From: Acidimicrobiia bacterium
GTDB taxonomy: Bacteria; Actinomycetota; Acidimicrobiia; Spongiisociales; ZC4RG35
NCBI GenBank assembly: GCA_965215185.1
Contig: OZ244034.1
Coordinates: forward strand, 2,400,001 to 2,464,000
Length of the DNA: 64,000 bases
Direction of reading: 5' to 3'
Position numbers and translations under genes: made by a program. The notes under the pieces are model-generated. The model saw only the letters and a list, made by a program, of their open reading frames with translations, was not told the origin of the DNA and made no database searches. Positions 50,222 through 59,233 of this stretch are shown here, one piece after another (position 1 is the stretch's first letter; each line of letters starts with the position of its first letter).

Positions 50222-51627
50222 GGGACTTATATACCTAGGTTGACAGGGCGCCGAATATTTTTGTCACAGGGGTGGGATATTCTCAGGATCGTGGTTCCTT
50301 GGGTGCAGACGATCCGGTTGAAAGGGCGTTGTTCCCGTTCGGCGCACCGTCGCCTGGACGACATCTTCCGCGCAGTGTTGCGAGTTGTGTAACGCATGCC
50401 TGGAATCTTGGAAGGGCACATACCGGTGGTGGAGGGAACACCATCCCGATGAGCCTCTTCCCCTAGAACTGAACCAGTCTCACTATGACCGCCTGGTGAT
50501 GTTCACAGATGTGCGCAAGGACCATCCTGAGTGGGACCGTTTGAGCCTTCAAGTGGGTCGCGGAACGTTGCGCCGCTTTGACCGGACTATCCAATCCTTC
50601 TACGAGAGGTGCAAGGACCCTTCCAAGAAGGCCGGGTTTCCCCGTTTCAAGCCGCGTCACCGGTGGAAGTCGGTAGAGATTGTGAACGCTGACCGCGCGA
50701 TGCTTAAGGCTCCGGGAGAGAGGAAGAACCACAGCGAGAAGTGGTGGAGACTGACGGTGAAAGGCGTGCCGCAGATACGGTTCGAGGACAAGCATGACCG
50801 CCTCATTACCGCGTTGGAGAGCGGCCGGTTGGTGGAACTGCGAGTGGTCCGCACTCCTCTGCGAGTCGAGATACACGCGGTTATCAAGCATCCTGACCGC
50901 CCACCGGTGGCAGATCCTGTCAATCCTGTGGGTTTGGACAAGGGCCTCAAATCGCGTCTGGTCACTTCTGATGGAGAGCACCTACCACCCACAACCGTGG
51001 ATCTGCGACAGGTGCTGCGCGTTCAGCGTCTGTTCAGCAGATCCGTCAAAGGCTCACGGTCTCGCATCAAGAAGCGCAAACACTTAGCCAAACAGCACCG
51101 CCGCCTGCGGGAACAGGCCATCCAAGCCGATTTCCGCCTGGCCGACCGCCTGGTCAAGGCCTACGACAGCATAGCTGCCGAGAAGCTCAATGTCGCCCGA
51201 CTACTGAAAACCAAGCTGTTCTCCAAGAAGATGTCACAGCAACGCTGGGGATCCTTCGATCTCATACTGGAATACAAAGCCGCGAAAGCTGGTATCCGGT
51301 ATGCGGGGGTGAACCCCAGCCACACCTCCACCGGCTGTTCTCGATGCGGGCATCACCAGAAGATGCCCCTCAACGTGAGAACCTTCCGGTGCGAACAGTG
51401 TGGACTATCCATATGCAGAGACCACAATGCTGCAATCAACATATGCGCCCGAGACTATCCCACCTGGGATCCTTGGGGTCGGGTGGGACATGACCTCGTG
51501 TTTCCCGACGCGGTGCGCTCTACAAATCTCTGTTGTAAGACATCTTTCGGCTCAGGCCGGAAGATGCTGGCAGACACCGCAGAACAGTATCACCTAGACG
51601 CTCCGTCAACCTAGGTATATAAGTCCC
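50222..51627 (+). mobile_element. TIR-bounded non-autonomous element carrying only tnpB
   Basis: Perfect 23-bp inverted repeats GGGACTTATATACCTAGGTTGAC (50222-50244) and GTCAACCTAGGTATATAAGTCCC (51605-51627); flanking direct repeats TTCAAGAG (50214-50221) and TTCAAAAG (51628-51635). Confidence 0.85.
50291..51614 (+). pseudogene. tnpB: TnpB RNA-guided endonuclease with a +1 frameshift near 50369 (real or assembly error)
   Basis: N-terminus VQTIRLKGRCSRSAHRRLDDIF in one frame, AQCCELCNACLE onward in the next; GFPRFK, VGLDKG, AEKLNV, CSRC/CEQC, RDHNAAIN. Confidence 0.85.
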
Positions 51628-51628
51628 T

Positions 51629-52846
51629 TCAAAAGACCTCTTGGCACCAGGGCTGGGGATGCCAATCGAACATCGCATCGGCCAGCGCCCAAGCCGATGG
51701 CGCCCCTCGCAAACGTCCCACCATCCCAAGCCGGCGAAACCGAGACCGACCCAGGAAGCTCGCCCCCAGGTCCTCCATATCGAGAATGAGGTCAGGTTCG
51801 TCGCAGACCAGACGACACGATCCCACCCCTCCCACAACCTCCAGGCGATATCGGGAGGACTCGTCCTCCATTGGATCGAACACCTCGATGACGATTGACC
51901 CGTCAGCCGAGTAGCGCCGAGCGGAAAGGGCGACCGGCACATCCAGGATCCTCACCCACAGGCCGTCACAGAGGGTTTGGGACTCTCGAAAGTTGGAGAA
52001 CAGGTGATGCAGGGCTGTCTCGGCGGGGATGTTCCAAGCCTGAAGACGGCTAATGAGATCCTGGTTCACCAAGAAACTCCACAGACCGGAATAGGCCTCC
52101 GGGGTGAGCGCAATCATCTCTGTCAGCAGAACGGTTATCCCCATGGAAATGCCAACCCATGAACCCTGAGTGCGGTACTGCACATATCCGATGGCTTCGC
52201 CGGCGGAGTCAAGCGCCAAGGCGTAGCGGTAACTGCTGGCGTTTTTCCTGTGCCGGGGGTAGTCACCGAGGACTTCCAGTTCCCACCAGGCCGGCGAGCG
52301 GGCAAACATCCCTGGCACCTCTTGGCGCTTGCGTTCGAATATGGGCGGCAAGGCATCCTTAGCCTCAGTGGAATCGATCAGGACGACCCGCGCCGGCCGG
52401 GGCGCCAGCCGGTGTGGAAGCAGCGGAAAGCTATCGATCACCAATTGGGTAGTAACTCCGGCCGCTCCGTATCCAAACCGGCCATACAACGGAGCCTCCG
52501 ATGCCCACAACACGGCCAGCGCCTCCCCTCTCTGCCGGGCATCGGCCAGCAGGTCGGTCATCATCCGGCGCATCAACCCGCGTCGGCGATGACTGGGGAG
52601 CACCGTTACATTGCTTACGCCGGCGGCCGCCACTTCCCCACCCGGGATGGTCAAGTCGAAGCTGTAAACCCCGGCCGCGCCTACCAGCCGCCCTCCGTCG
52701 AAAGCCCCCCGGTTGCGGTCGAGTTCCAGGAGCCGGCGGTCTCTCTCCTCTTCGACGGGATCGGGATCCTGTCCGAAGACAAGGGCCACCGTCCGGCGCA
52801 ACGCTTCCAACTCCTCGGGAAAAACGCCCCGTATCTCCACATCCAT
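51629..52846 (-). CDS. Eis-like GNAT acetyltransferase with C-terminal SCP2 domain
   Basis: VTVLPSHRRRGL, LWASE..LYGRFGYG, LWVRILDV..AL..RRY. Confidence 0.92.
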   Translation of the reverse strand: MDVEIRGVFPEELEALRRTVALVFGQDPDPVEEERDRRLLELDRNRGAFDGGRLVGAAGVYSFDLTIPGGEVAAAGVSNVTVLPSHRRRGLMRRMMTDLLADARQRGEALAVLWASEAPLYGRFGYGAAGVTTQLVIDSFPLLPHRLAPRPARVVLIDSTEAKDALPPIFERKRQEVPGMFARSPAWWELEVLGDYPRHRKNASSYRYALALDSAGEAIGYVQYRTQGSWVGISMGITVLLTEMIALTPEAYSGLWSFLVNQDLISRLQAWNIPAETALHHLFSNFRESQTLCDGLWVRILDVPVALSARRYSADGSIVIEVFDPMEDESSRYRLEVVGGVGSCRLVCDEPDLILDMEDLGASFLGRSRFRRLGMVGRLRGAPSAWALADAMFDWHPQPWCQEVF

Positions 52847-52859
52847 CGCCCGAGGGCCG

Positions 52860-53504
52860 TCAGGACGAGATGGTGTTCTGGGCTCGCGTCACGGCTGAGA
52901 TGAACGCCGACGCCGCGGAGTCGAAGTCGGCCGCCGCCCCTCGGCGCACCTCTCCTGTGTCGGAGCTGCGCAGTCCCTCCACCACAGTGGTGGCGGCCAC
53001 TGCCGCCCGGGTGGAGGCGGTCAACATGTCCTGGTGGGAGGCGGCAAACACCGAGGGCGCGTTCAACTGGACCACATTGTCCTGCCAAACGATGACATCC
53101 TCCATCACTGCCACCAGCCTCTCCTCGGTTTCCGCAAAGGTGATCGTCTTCTCCTCCCAAGCGGCGTTGACCTCTCTGACTTCCGTTGCCAAAGCGGTGA
53201 ACTGTTCGCCCAGCGCCTCAATGGAGGCCAGGTAGGAGACCACGGCGGGGGGAAGGGTGGTGGTGGTAGGCGTTTCCTCCTCGGCCCCGCCCTCGTCATC
53301 GGGGGCCCCGCCCTCGTCATCGGGGGCATCGGCTTCCTCCGAAGAGTCGTCCTGGGTGGTGGGGGTGGCCGAGGTGGTGACGGGCCGAGGTTCAACCTCG
53401 GCTTTCGGCAGGGTGCGCACGAACATGAAAGTAAAGGCGAACATAGCCAGAATGGCCAGAGGAAGGAGCCAACGGCCCGGCTTGGGATCGGGATTGACCA
53501 CCAT
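52860..53504 (-). CDS. Hypothetical membrane-anchored protein with acidic linker
   Basis: N-terminal TM, duplicated APDDEGG (21-bp tandem near 53283-53325), helical C-domain. Confidence 0.7.
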   Translation of the reverse strand: MVVNPDPKPGRWLLPLAILAMFAFTFMFVRTLPKAEVEPRPVTTSATPTTQDDSSEEADAPDDEGGAPDDEGGAEEETPTTTTLPPAVVSYLASIEALGEQFTALATEVREVNAAWEEKTITFAETEERLVAVMEDVIVWQDNVVQLNAPSVFAASHQDMLTASTRAAVAATTVVEGLRSSDTGEVRRGAAADFDSAASAFISAVTRAQNTISS

Positions 53505-53632
53505 CTCCCAAACAGCTTAGTTGGAATCCTTGGTCCACAATGACACCAGGCAAGGTCGCGACACAGTGCCTTCTTTCGCGTTCTGCGGGAAACACCCCTT
53601 GAAATAGGCGCCCGCCCCAACCACACTGCAGA

Positions 53633-54533
53633 ATGAGAGAGCCAAAATCATCTGATCAAGAAGTGTTCGAATCGATCCCTTGGGAACAACTGCGCGACCC
53701 GGGAGACACCTCCCGCCGGCGCCGGATCTGGTATCTGATGGGCGGTGCGGCAGTGGTGGCGGTGCTGCTGTTCAGCATGGTCCGCACCTTCTCGGCGCCC
53801 GATTCCGCAGATCATCGTCCCAACAACCATGCCTCCCACCACGGCCTTCCATGCTCCCACCCTGCCACCCGAAAGCGAAACGCCACTCCTCCTCCCTCCC
53901 CTTCACCCCCAGCCAGGGACCGGATATCCGGTAAACGAGGCTGACCTCATGGCGGGCGAGGACCCTTGGATGGCTGCCAACCAGGCAGAGGTGTGGCAGG
54001 CGGCCTCCTACTCGGAGTGGTTCGTCCTGGAACTCTTCAACCTGGACGGTTCGGGACGTTCCGTGACGCCGGAGAGATGGCTACCCGATATGGTCGCCTC
54101 CGAGACGCCCGATGCCCTCTCTTATGTGGAATGGGCGAAAACTCTGTGGGTCGAGCCGTTGGGCGATGGGCGTTGGCGGGCAGTGGTTGCGCTCCGTCGG
54201 CTGGTTTCCACCGATGGCATCGACTACAGCCGTCTCCCCACTCAAGCAGTGGAGGTGGTGATCGACATGGGGGCAGGGGTCCCCGCCATTGTGGATCTTC
54301 CCCGGTTCGTCCCGTTGCCGGAACCGGCACCCGCCCAGTGGTGGGCCGGAGAGTTGTGGGAAACGCCGCCCGCGGCGGTGACCAGAACCGCCCGGGACGA
54401 ACTGCTGCTCAGTGAAGCGGGAGACATCGTGGGCAACCCGGTGATCAGCAGGACCTCAGACGCGTGGCGGGTGGAATGGGCCGTAGTCGATCCGGTCGGC
54501 ATCACCTGGCCGGTCAGTCTCTGGATCGGGTAG
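53633..54533 (+). pseudogene. Membrane-anchored hypothetical protein split by a +1 frameshift near 53798
   Basis: TM-bearing N-part (53633 frame) joins the Pro-rich linker and globular C-part (53745 frame) if one C is removed from GCGCCCGATT. Confidence 0.65.
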
Positions 54534-54563
54534 GAGAGGACGCCCGTTCCTGCCGGCGGTTAA

Positions 54564-54824
54564 CTACGCCTCCCCGAAGTGCTCCTCCAGAGCCGACACC
54601 ACGGCGGGCTGGATCAAGGCCCAGTCAGCGTCGCCCTCCTTGCTAACCGTGACGAAATCAGCGGTCCAGAACACCGAAGTCACCCCATCGGCGGCCAGAA
54701 TCGCCGCGGCCAGCGGATGGTCGGCATCACCGCCAGCCAGATAGGTGACCGGGCCACCCACCGGGGTGCCCACCTCAAATTTCATGGCGTTTGGGTTGGG
54801 AGTGGGCTGGGAGATTACCGGCAT
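54564..54824 (-). CDS. NifU/Nfu N-terminal scaffold domain protein
   Basis: PTPNPNAMKF, HPLA, GVTSVF..DFVTV.K...W. Confidence 0.88.
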   Translation of the reverse strand: MPVISQPTPNPNAMKFEVGTPVGGPVTYLAGGDADHPLAAAILAADGVTSVFWTADFVTVSKEGDADWALIQPAVVSALEEHFGEA

Positions 54825-54880
54825 CAGAGAAACAAACCTGTGTAGGGGGAAGGTGGGGGCCGTTGTTATTCTAGCCGAAT

Positions 54881-56326
54881 ATGGCCGCCGCGTTCACCTC
54901 GACCAACACCGGACTCCACCGGGAACTCGTCGGTGTGCTTGGAAAGGACCGTGTGATGGATTCGGCCTTGGAGCGCCATATCTACGGCAAGGATGCCGGT
55001 GTATATCGGGGGAACCCCACAATGGTGGCGATGATCGAGACCACCGAGGAGGCCGCGGCGGTAGTAAAGGCCGCCCGACGGCACGGGGTTCCGGTGGTGG
55101 CCCGGGGGGCAGGTACCGGCCTGTCAGCGGGAGCGGTGCCCGAGGTGGGGGGGGTAGTGCTGGTGACCACCCGCATGAACCGGATAGCAGACATCGATGT
55201 CGAAAACCGCACGGCCTGGGTGGGCCCCGGAGTCATCAATCTGGACTTGTCGCGGGCGACCATACCCTATGGGCTCCATTTCGCGCCCGATCCTTCCTCC
55301 CAGTCGGCCTGCACCGTGGGTGGAAATATCGCCTGCAATTCGGGTGGACCGCACTGTTTGGCGGAAGGCAGCACTGTCAATCACATCCTTGCTCTGGAAT
55401 TCGTCACCGACACTGGAGAGGTTCTGATGGTGGGGGGCCCTGCTCCCGATCCGATCGGGCTGGACCTGCGGGGAATCATGGTTGGATCCGAAGGCACCCT
55501 CGGAATTGTTACCCGGGCCTTGGTGAAGTTGACTCCCAATGCGCCAGATGTGCGAACCATGGCCATCGCCTTCCCCACCATAAAAGACGCTGCCACCACC
55601 GTTTCGGGAATCATCGCGGCGGGGCTGATCCCCGCGGCCCTGGAGATGATGGACCAACTGATGATGCAGGCCATAGAGAACTGGCTGCATGCCGGCCTCC
55701 CCATCGAAGCCGGCGCCCTGCTGCTGGCGGAAGTCACCGGGGTGACCGAAGCGGTGGAAGCCGAGGCGAAGATCGTCTCCCAAATCGCCCATGACAACAA
55801 CGCCCTGTCAGTGCAGATAGCCGCCTCCCCAGCAGAGAGGGACCTGTTGTGGAAGAGCCGCAAATCGGCCTTCGGAGCGGTGGCGCAGACGGCGCCCGAT
55901 TACTACCTGCACGACACGGTGGTGCCCCGCACCCGCCTGGTGGAAGCCATGAGCAAGGTATATGAAATCGGGGAACGGTATCAGATCACCATGATGAACG
56001 TGTTCCACGCCGGAGACGGCAATCTCCATCCCCTGATGGCATTCGACGCTTCCGAACCCGGCCGGCTGGAGCAGGTCAAAGCAGCTGCTGACGAGTTGGT
56101 ACGGATCTGCGTCGAACAAGGCGGAGTGCTCTCTGGTGAACACGGGATCGGCATCGAAAAGCGGCACTTGATGCCCTTGCTTTTCTCGGAGATAGATCTC
56201 GACGCTCAAGCCCGCGTGAAGGAGGTGTTCGATGCCAATGGGATTTTCAACCCCGGCAAAGTTCTTCCCGCGGGATCCCGCTGTTTTGACTTTGGACGGC
56301 CGGTGCCTGAGGGCGCCTGGGTGTGA
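54881..56326 (+). CDS. glcD: Glycolate oxidase-like FAD subunit
   Basis: RGAGTGLS, PDPSS, GSEGTLG, HAGDGNLHP, GEHGIG. Confidence 0.88.
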   Translation: MAAAFTSTNTGLHRELVGVLGKDRVMDSALERHIYGKDAGVYRGNPTMVAMIETTEEAAAVVKAARRHGVPVVARGAGTGLSAGAVPEVGGVVLVTTRMNRIADIDVENRTAWVGPGVINLDLSRATIPYGLHFAPDPSSQSACTVGGNIACNSGGPHCLAEGSTVNHILALEFVTDTGEVLMVGGPAPDPIGLDLRGIMVGSEGTLGIVTRALVKLTPNAPDVRTMAIAFPTIKDAATTVSGIIAAGLIPAALEMMDQLMMQAIENWLHAGLPIEAGALLLAEVTGVTEAVEAEAKIVSQIAHDNNALSVQIAASPAERDLLWKSRKSAFGAVAQTAPDYYLHDTVVPRTRLVEAMSKVYEIGERYQITMMNVFHAGDGNLHPLMAFDASEPGRLEQVKAAADELVRICVEQGGVLSGEHGIGIEKRHLMPLLFSEIDLDAQARVKEVFDANGIFNPGKVLPAGSRCFDFGRPVPEGAWV

Positions 56327-57426
56327 AAAACCGCTTCGGCGTCATCCCCCTAGCCGACCCAGAGGACCTACCTCCGGCCGACATCGCTTTGGCGCCCGGA
56401 ACTCTGGAAGAGGCTGCCCAAGCCCTCCGAATAGCCACCGATCACCGGATGAAGGTCCTTATCTGGGGGGCTGGAAACCATCAGGGATACGGCTATCGGG
56501 TGCATCCCGACGTGGTGCTGACCACCGCCTCTCTCAACCGCTTGGAGGTGTGGGAACCTGAAGACTTGACGCTGGTGGCCGAGGCCGGCGTTCGGATAGC
56601 GAAGTTGGAGGAAAGGCTGGCCGAACACCGCCAGACCACCCTCTTGCCTCAACATTCACCGACCGCCACCATCGGCGGTGCGCTGGCCACCGGACTCAGC
56701 AGCTACCGGCGTTTCCGCTATGGGCCCAGCCGGGACCGCCTGCTGGAAAGCAGAGCGATAACCGGTGACGGGCGCATTGTCCGAAGCGGAGGGCGGGTGG
56801 TAAAAAACGTGACCGGATACGACATTCCCCGCCTCATGGTGGGCTCCCTGGGAAGCATGGGCCTGATCGGCTCGGTCTGTTTGAAGCTGATTCCCACCCC
56901 GGCGGCCGCCGTGACCGTGACCGTGGAGGATCCGGCCGCGGCTCTGGCGGCGCTCTACCGTCCTTTGGCGGTACTTACCACGCCCATCGGACATCAGGTG
57001 TTTTTGTGGGGAACCACCGCCGAAGTGGAGGCGCAAGCCGCTCAAGTGGGGAAGGAGGCCACCAGTGGCCACGATTGGCCTCCCCGGCCCACGGGCCTGG
57101 CCACCTGGTCACTGAGGGTTCCCCCCTCCCGCTTGCTGGCGGCTGTGAATCGCCTTCCCCCCACCTGGGACTATGTGGCCCAGCACGGGGTAGGGATTGT
57201 GGAATGCGCGTCCGAGGGTCTGGATCTTGAACTCGCTGAGGACCTCCGGGAATGGGCCGAATCGGTGGGAGGGGCCCTGGTTCTCACCGGCGGCCCAGAG
57301 ACACTCTACGAACGCATAGACCCCTGGGGAACTCCACCGAATGGTCTCGATTACCAACGGAGGCTGGTGGCGGAATTCGATCCCTATCGGGTCCTCAATC
57401 CCGGTCGGCTGCCGGGAGGTATCTAA
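56323..57426 (+). CDS. glcE: Glycolate oxidase FAD-binding subunit
   Basis: ATIGG, GGRVVKNVTGYD, FDP..LNPGR. Confidence 0.85.
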   Translation: MKNRFGVIPLADPEDLPPADIALAPGTLEEAAQALRIATDHRMKVLIWGAGNHQGYGYRVHPDVVLTTASLNRLEVWEPEDLTLVAEAGVRIAKLEERLAEHRQTTLLPQHSPTATIGGALATGLSSYRRFRYGPSRDRLLESRAITGDGRIVRSGGRVVKNVTGYDIPRLMVGSLGSMGLIGSVCLKLIPTPAAAVTVTVEDPAAALAALYRPLAVLTTPIGHQVFLWGTTAEVEAQAAQVGKEATSGHDWPPRPTGLATWSLRVPPSRLLAAVNRLPPTWDYVAQHGVGIVECASEGLDLELAEDLREWAESVGGALVLTGGPETLYERIDPWGTPPNGLDYQRRLVAEFDPYRVLNPGRLPGGI

Positions 57427-58652
57427 TGGGCTATCAGACACCCTACGCCCCCACCAGATCTGAGCTTTCCAGTTGCATTCAATGCGGTCTGTGTCTCCCC
57501 CATTGCCCGACTTTCCGTATCACCGGTAAGGAGACCGACTCTCCCCGGGGGCGGCTGTCCGCCATGACCGCGGTGCTGGATGGGGTCATCGATATGGATG
57601 ACGTCTTCGAGGAGACCATGTCCTTTTGTTTGGGTTGTCGCGCCTGCGAGCCGGTGTGTCCAAGCATGGTTCCCTACGGAAGAACCCTGGAAGGCGCTCG
57701 GGCGGAGATCTTTGCTCAGAAGGGCGGGGCCGCCCGGCGTTTGAGGGCCTGGATTCTGGAGACGTGGCTGGGGAGTCGGAGGATAATCGGGATGATCACC
57801 TGGGCGACCGCACTGGCGCAACGCACCGGCCTGGCTAGGATCGCGCCTCGACGACTCCGCCGCGGCCTGGAGGGCCTGAGACGCGTCAAATGGATAACGC
57901 CCTCCCTGCTGGGGAAAACCTTCGAGCCCGATCAGGAGCCTCTCGCTACCGTGGGGTTTCTGATCGGTTGCATAATGGGACCTTGGTTCCCAGAGGTTCA
58001 CCAGGCCAGCATTTCATTGCTGGTTCGCGGCGGCTATCGGGTGGTGGTGCCAGCGACCCAAACCTGCTGCGGCGCCCTAGCCGCCCACGACGGCGCCGCC
58101 GACGGAGCCCGTAGGCTGGCGACCCGCAACGCGGCGGCTTTTGGGGAAGTGGACTATGTGGTGGCCGATGCGGCCGGCTGCTCTGCCCACCTCAAGGACT
58201 ACCGGCATTGGGTCCCGGACCGGGACTTGGGACCCCGGTGGCAGGTTAGGGACATCACCGAATTGGTAGCCGAGGCCATCAAAGACAGCCGCCTTCCCCA
58301 ACTGGGGGAGAAACGGGGTACGGTGGCTCTTCAGCACCCCTGTCATCTCCGCAACGCCCAGCGGATAACGGATCAGCCCAAGGCGATCCTGGCCGCCGCT
58401 GGATATGACGCCGTGGATATCGATCCGCAGTGCTGCGGTGCGGCGGGGTTCTACTCGATACTACGTCCGGACACCTCCGCCCGGCTTGGAGAGGACAAGG
58501 TGGCCGATATCCAACGAAGCGGCGCGCAGGTGGTGGCCAGCGCCAACCCCGGCTGCGAAATGCAATTGCGATCCCACCTGGGCGATGGATACCAGGTTCT
58601 TCACCCGGTGGAGTTGTATGAACAAGCGCTGTCGGAACAGGCTGCGACGTGA
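57426..58652 (+). CDS. glcF: Glycolate oxidase Fe-S subunit
   Basis: CIQCGLCLPHCP, CLGCRACEPVCP, two CCG domains, NPGC. Confidence 0.88.
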   Translation: MGYQTPYAPTRSELSSCIQCGLCLPHCPTFRITGKETDSPRGRLSAMTAVLDGVIDMDDVFEETMSFCLGCRACEPVCPSMVPYGRTLEGARAEIFAQKGGAARRLRAWILETWLGSRRIIGMITWATALAQRTGLARIAPRRLRRGLEGLRRVKWITPSLLGKTFEPDQEPLATVGFLIGCIMGPWFPEVHQASISLLVRGGYRVVVPATQTCCGALAAHDGAADGARRLATRNAAAFGEVDYVVADAAGCSAHLKDYRHWVPDRDLGPRWQVRDITELVAEAIKDSRLPQLGEKRGTVALQHPCHLRNAQRITDQPKAILAAAGYDAVDIDPQCCGAAGFYSILRPDTSARLGEDKVADIQRSGAQVVASANPGCEMQLRSHLGDGYQVLHPVELYEQALSEQAAT

Positions 58653-59227
58653 CCGGTTCCAGCTCCCCGATGGTCAGTTTGGGTGATTGGTATCGCCTGG
58701 CCGCCGGCTCTTTTCGCTCCATGCTCCGGGTGGGCTTCTTGGCCGCCGGGGTGGCGCTCCTGGGCTTGGCATTGGCTTCGCTCCTGTTGGAGTTGGATCT
58801 GGTGGAAGGCGGCCCGGAACTGACTGTCATGGAAGCTATGGGAGCCATCGCCGCGGTGGGAGCAGTGGGAGGGGTGATCCTGGGTTTGGGAGCGGAAGCT
58901 TCCTACGGCGCGGCCGTACTGGAAGCCGAGCAGGATGTCTGGAGGCGGGCGGGCGGCAGAGTGGTGGCCGGGTTGGTTGTATCGACGATTCTGCTGGTCC
59001 TAGGAGCCCTAGTCCCCCTACCTGCAGATCTGCCCATCACCATCGCATACGCTCAGTCCACTCTGCTAGCGGCAGGGGCAGCCGGGCTCATAACCTGTTC
59101 GCTGGTCTCTCCTCTAATCGGGTGGCTTACCCTCCGGGTGGCGCGCTGGAAGCCGCAATGGGATCCCTATCTGCTTTTTGGTGCCTGGATAATTCTGATC
59201 CTGGCGCTGTTTTCTCCCCCAGTCTGA
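58649..59227 (+). CDS. Hypothetical integral membrane protein
   Basis: About 5 hydrophobic segments; GTGA-coupled to glcF. Confidence 0.65.
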   Translation: MTGSSSPMVSLGDWYRLAAGSFRSMLRVGFLAAGVALLGLALASLLLELDLVEGGPELTVMEAMGAIAAVGAVGGVILGLGAEASYGAAVLEAEQDVWRRAGGRVVAGLVVSTILLVLGALVPLPADLPITIAYAQSTLLAAGAAGLITCSLVSPLIGWLTLRVARWKPQWDPYLLFGAWIILILALFSPPV

Positions 59228-59233
59228 AGCCAC

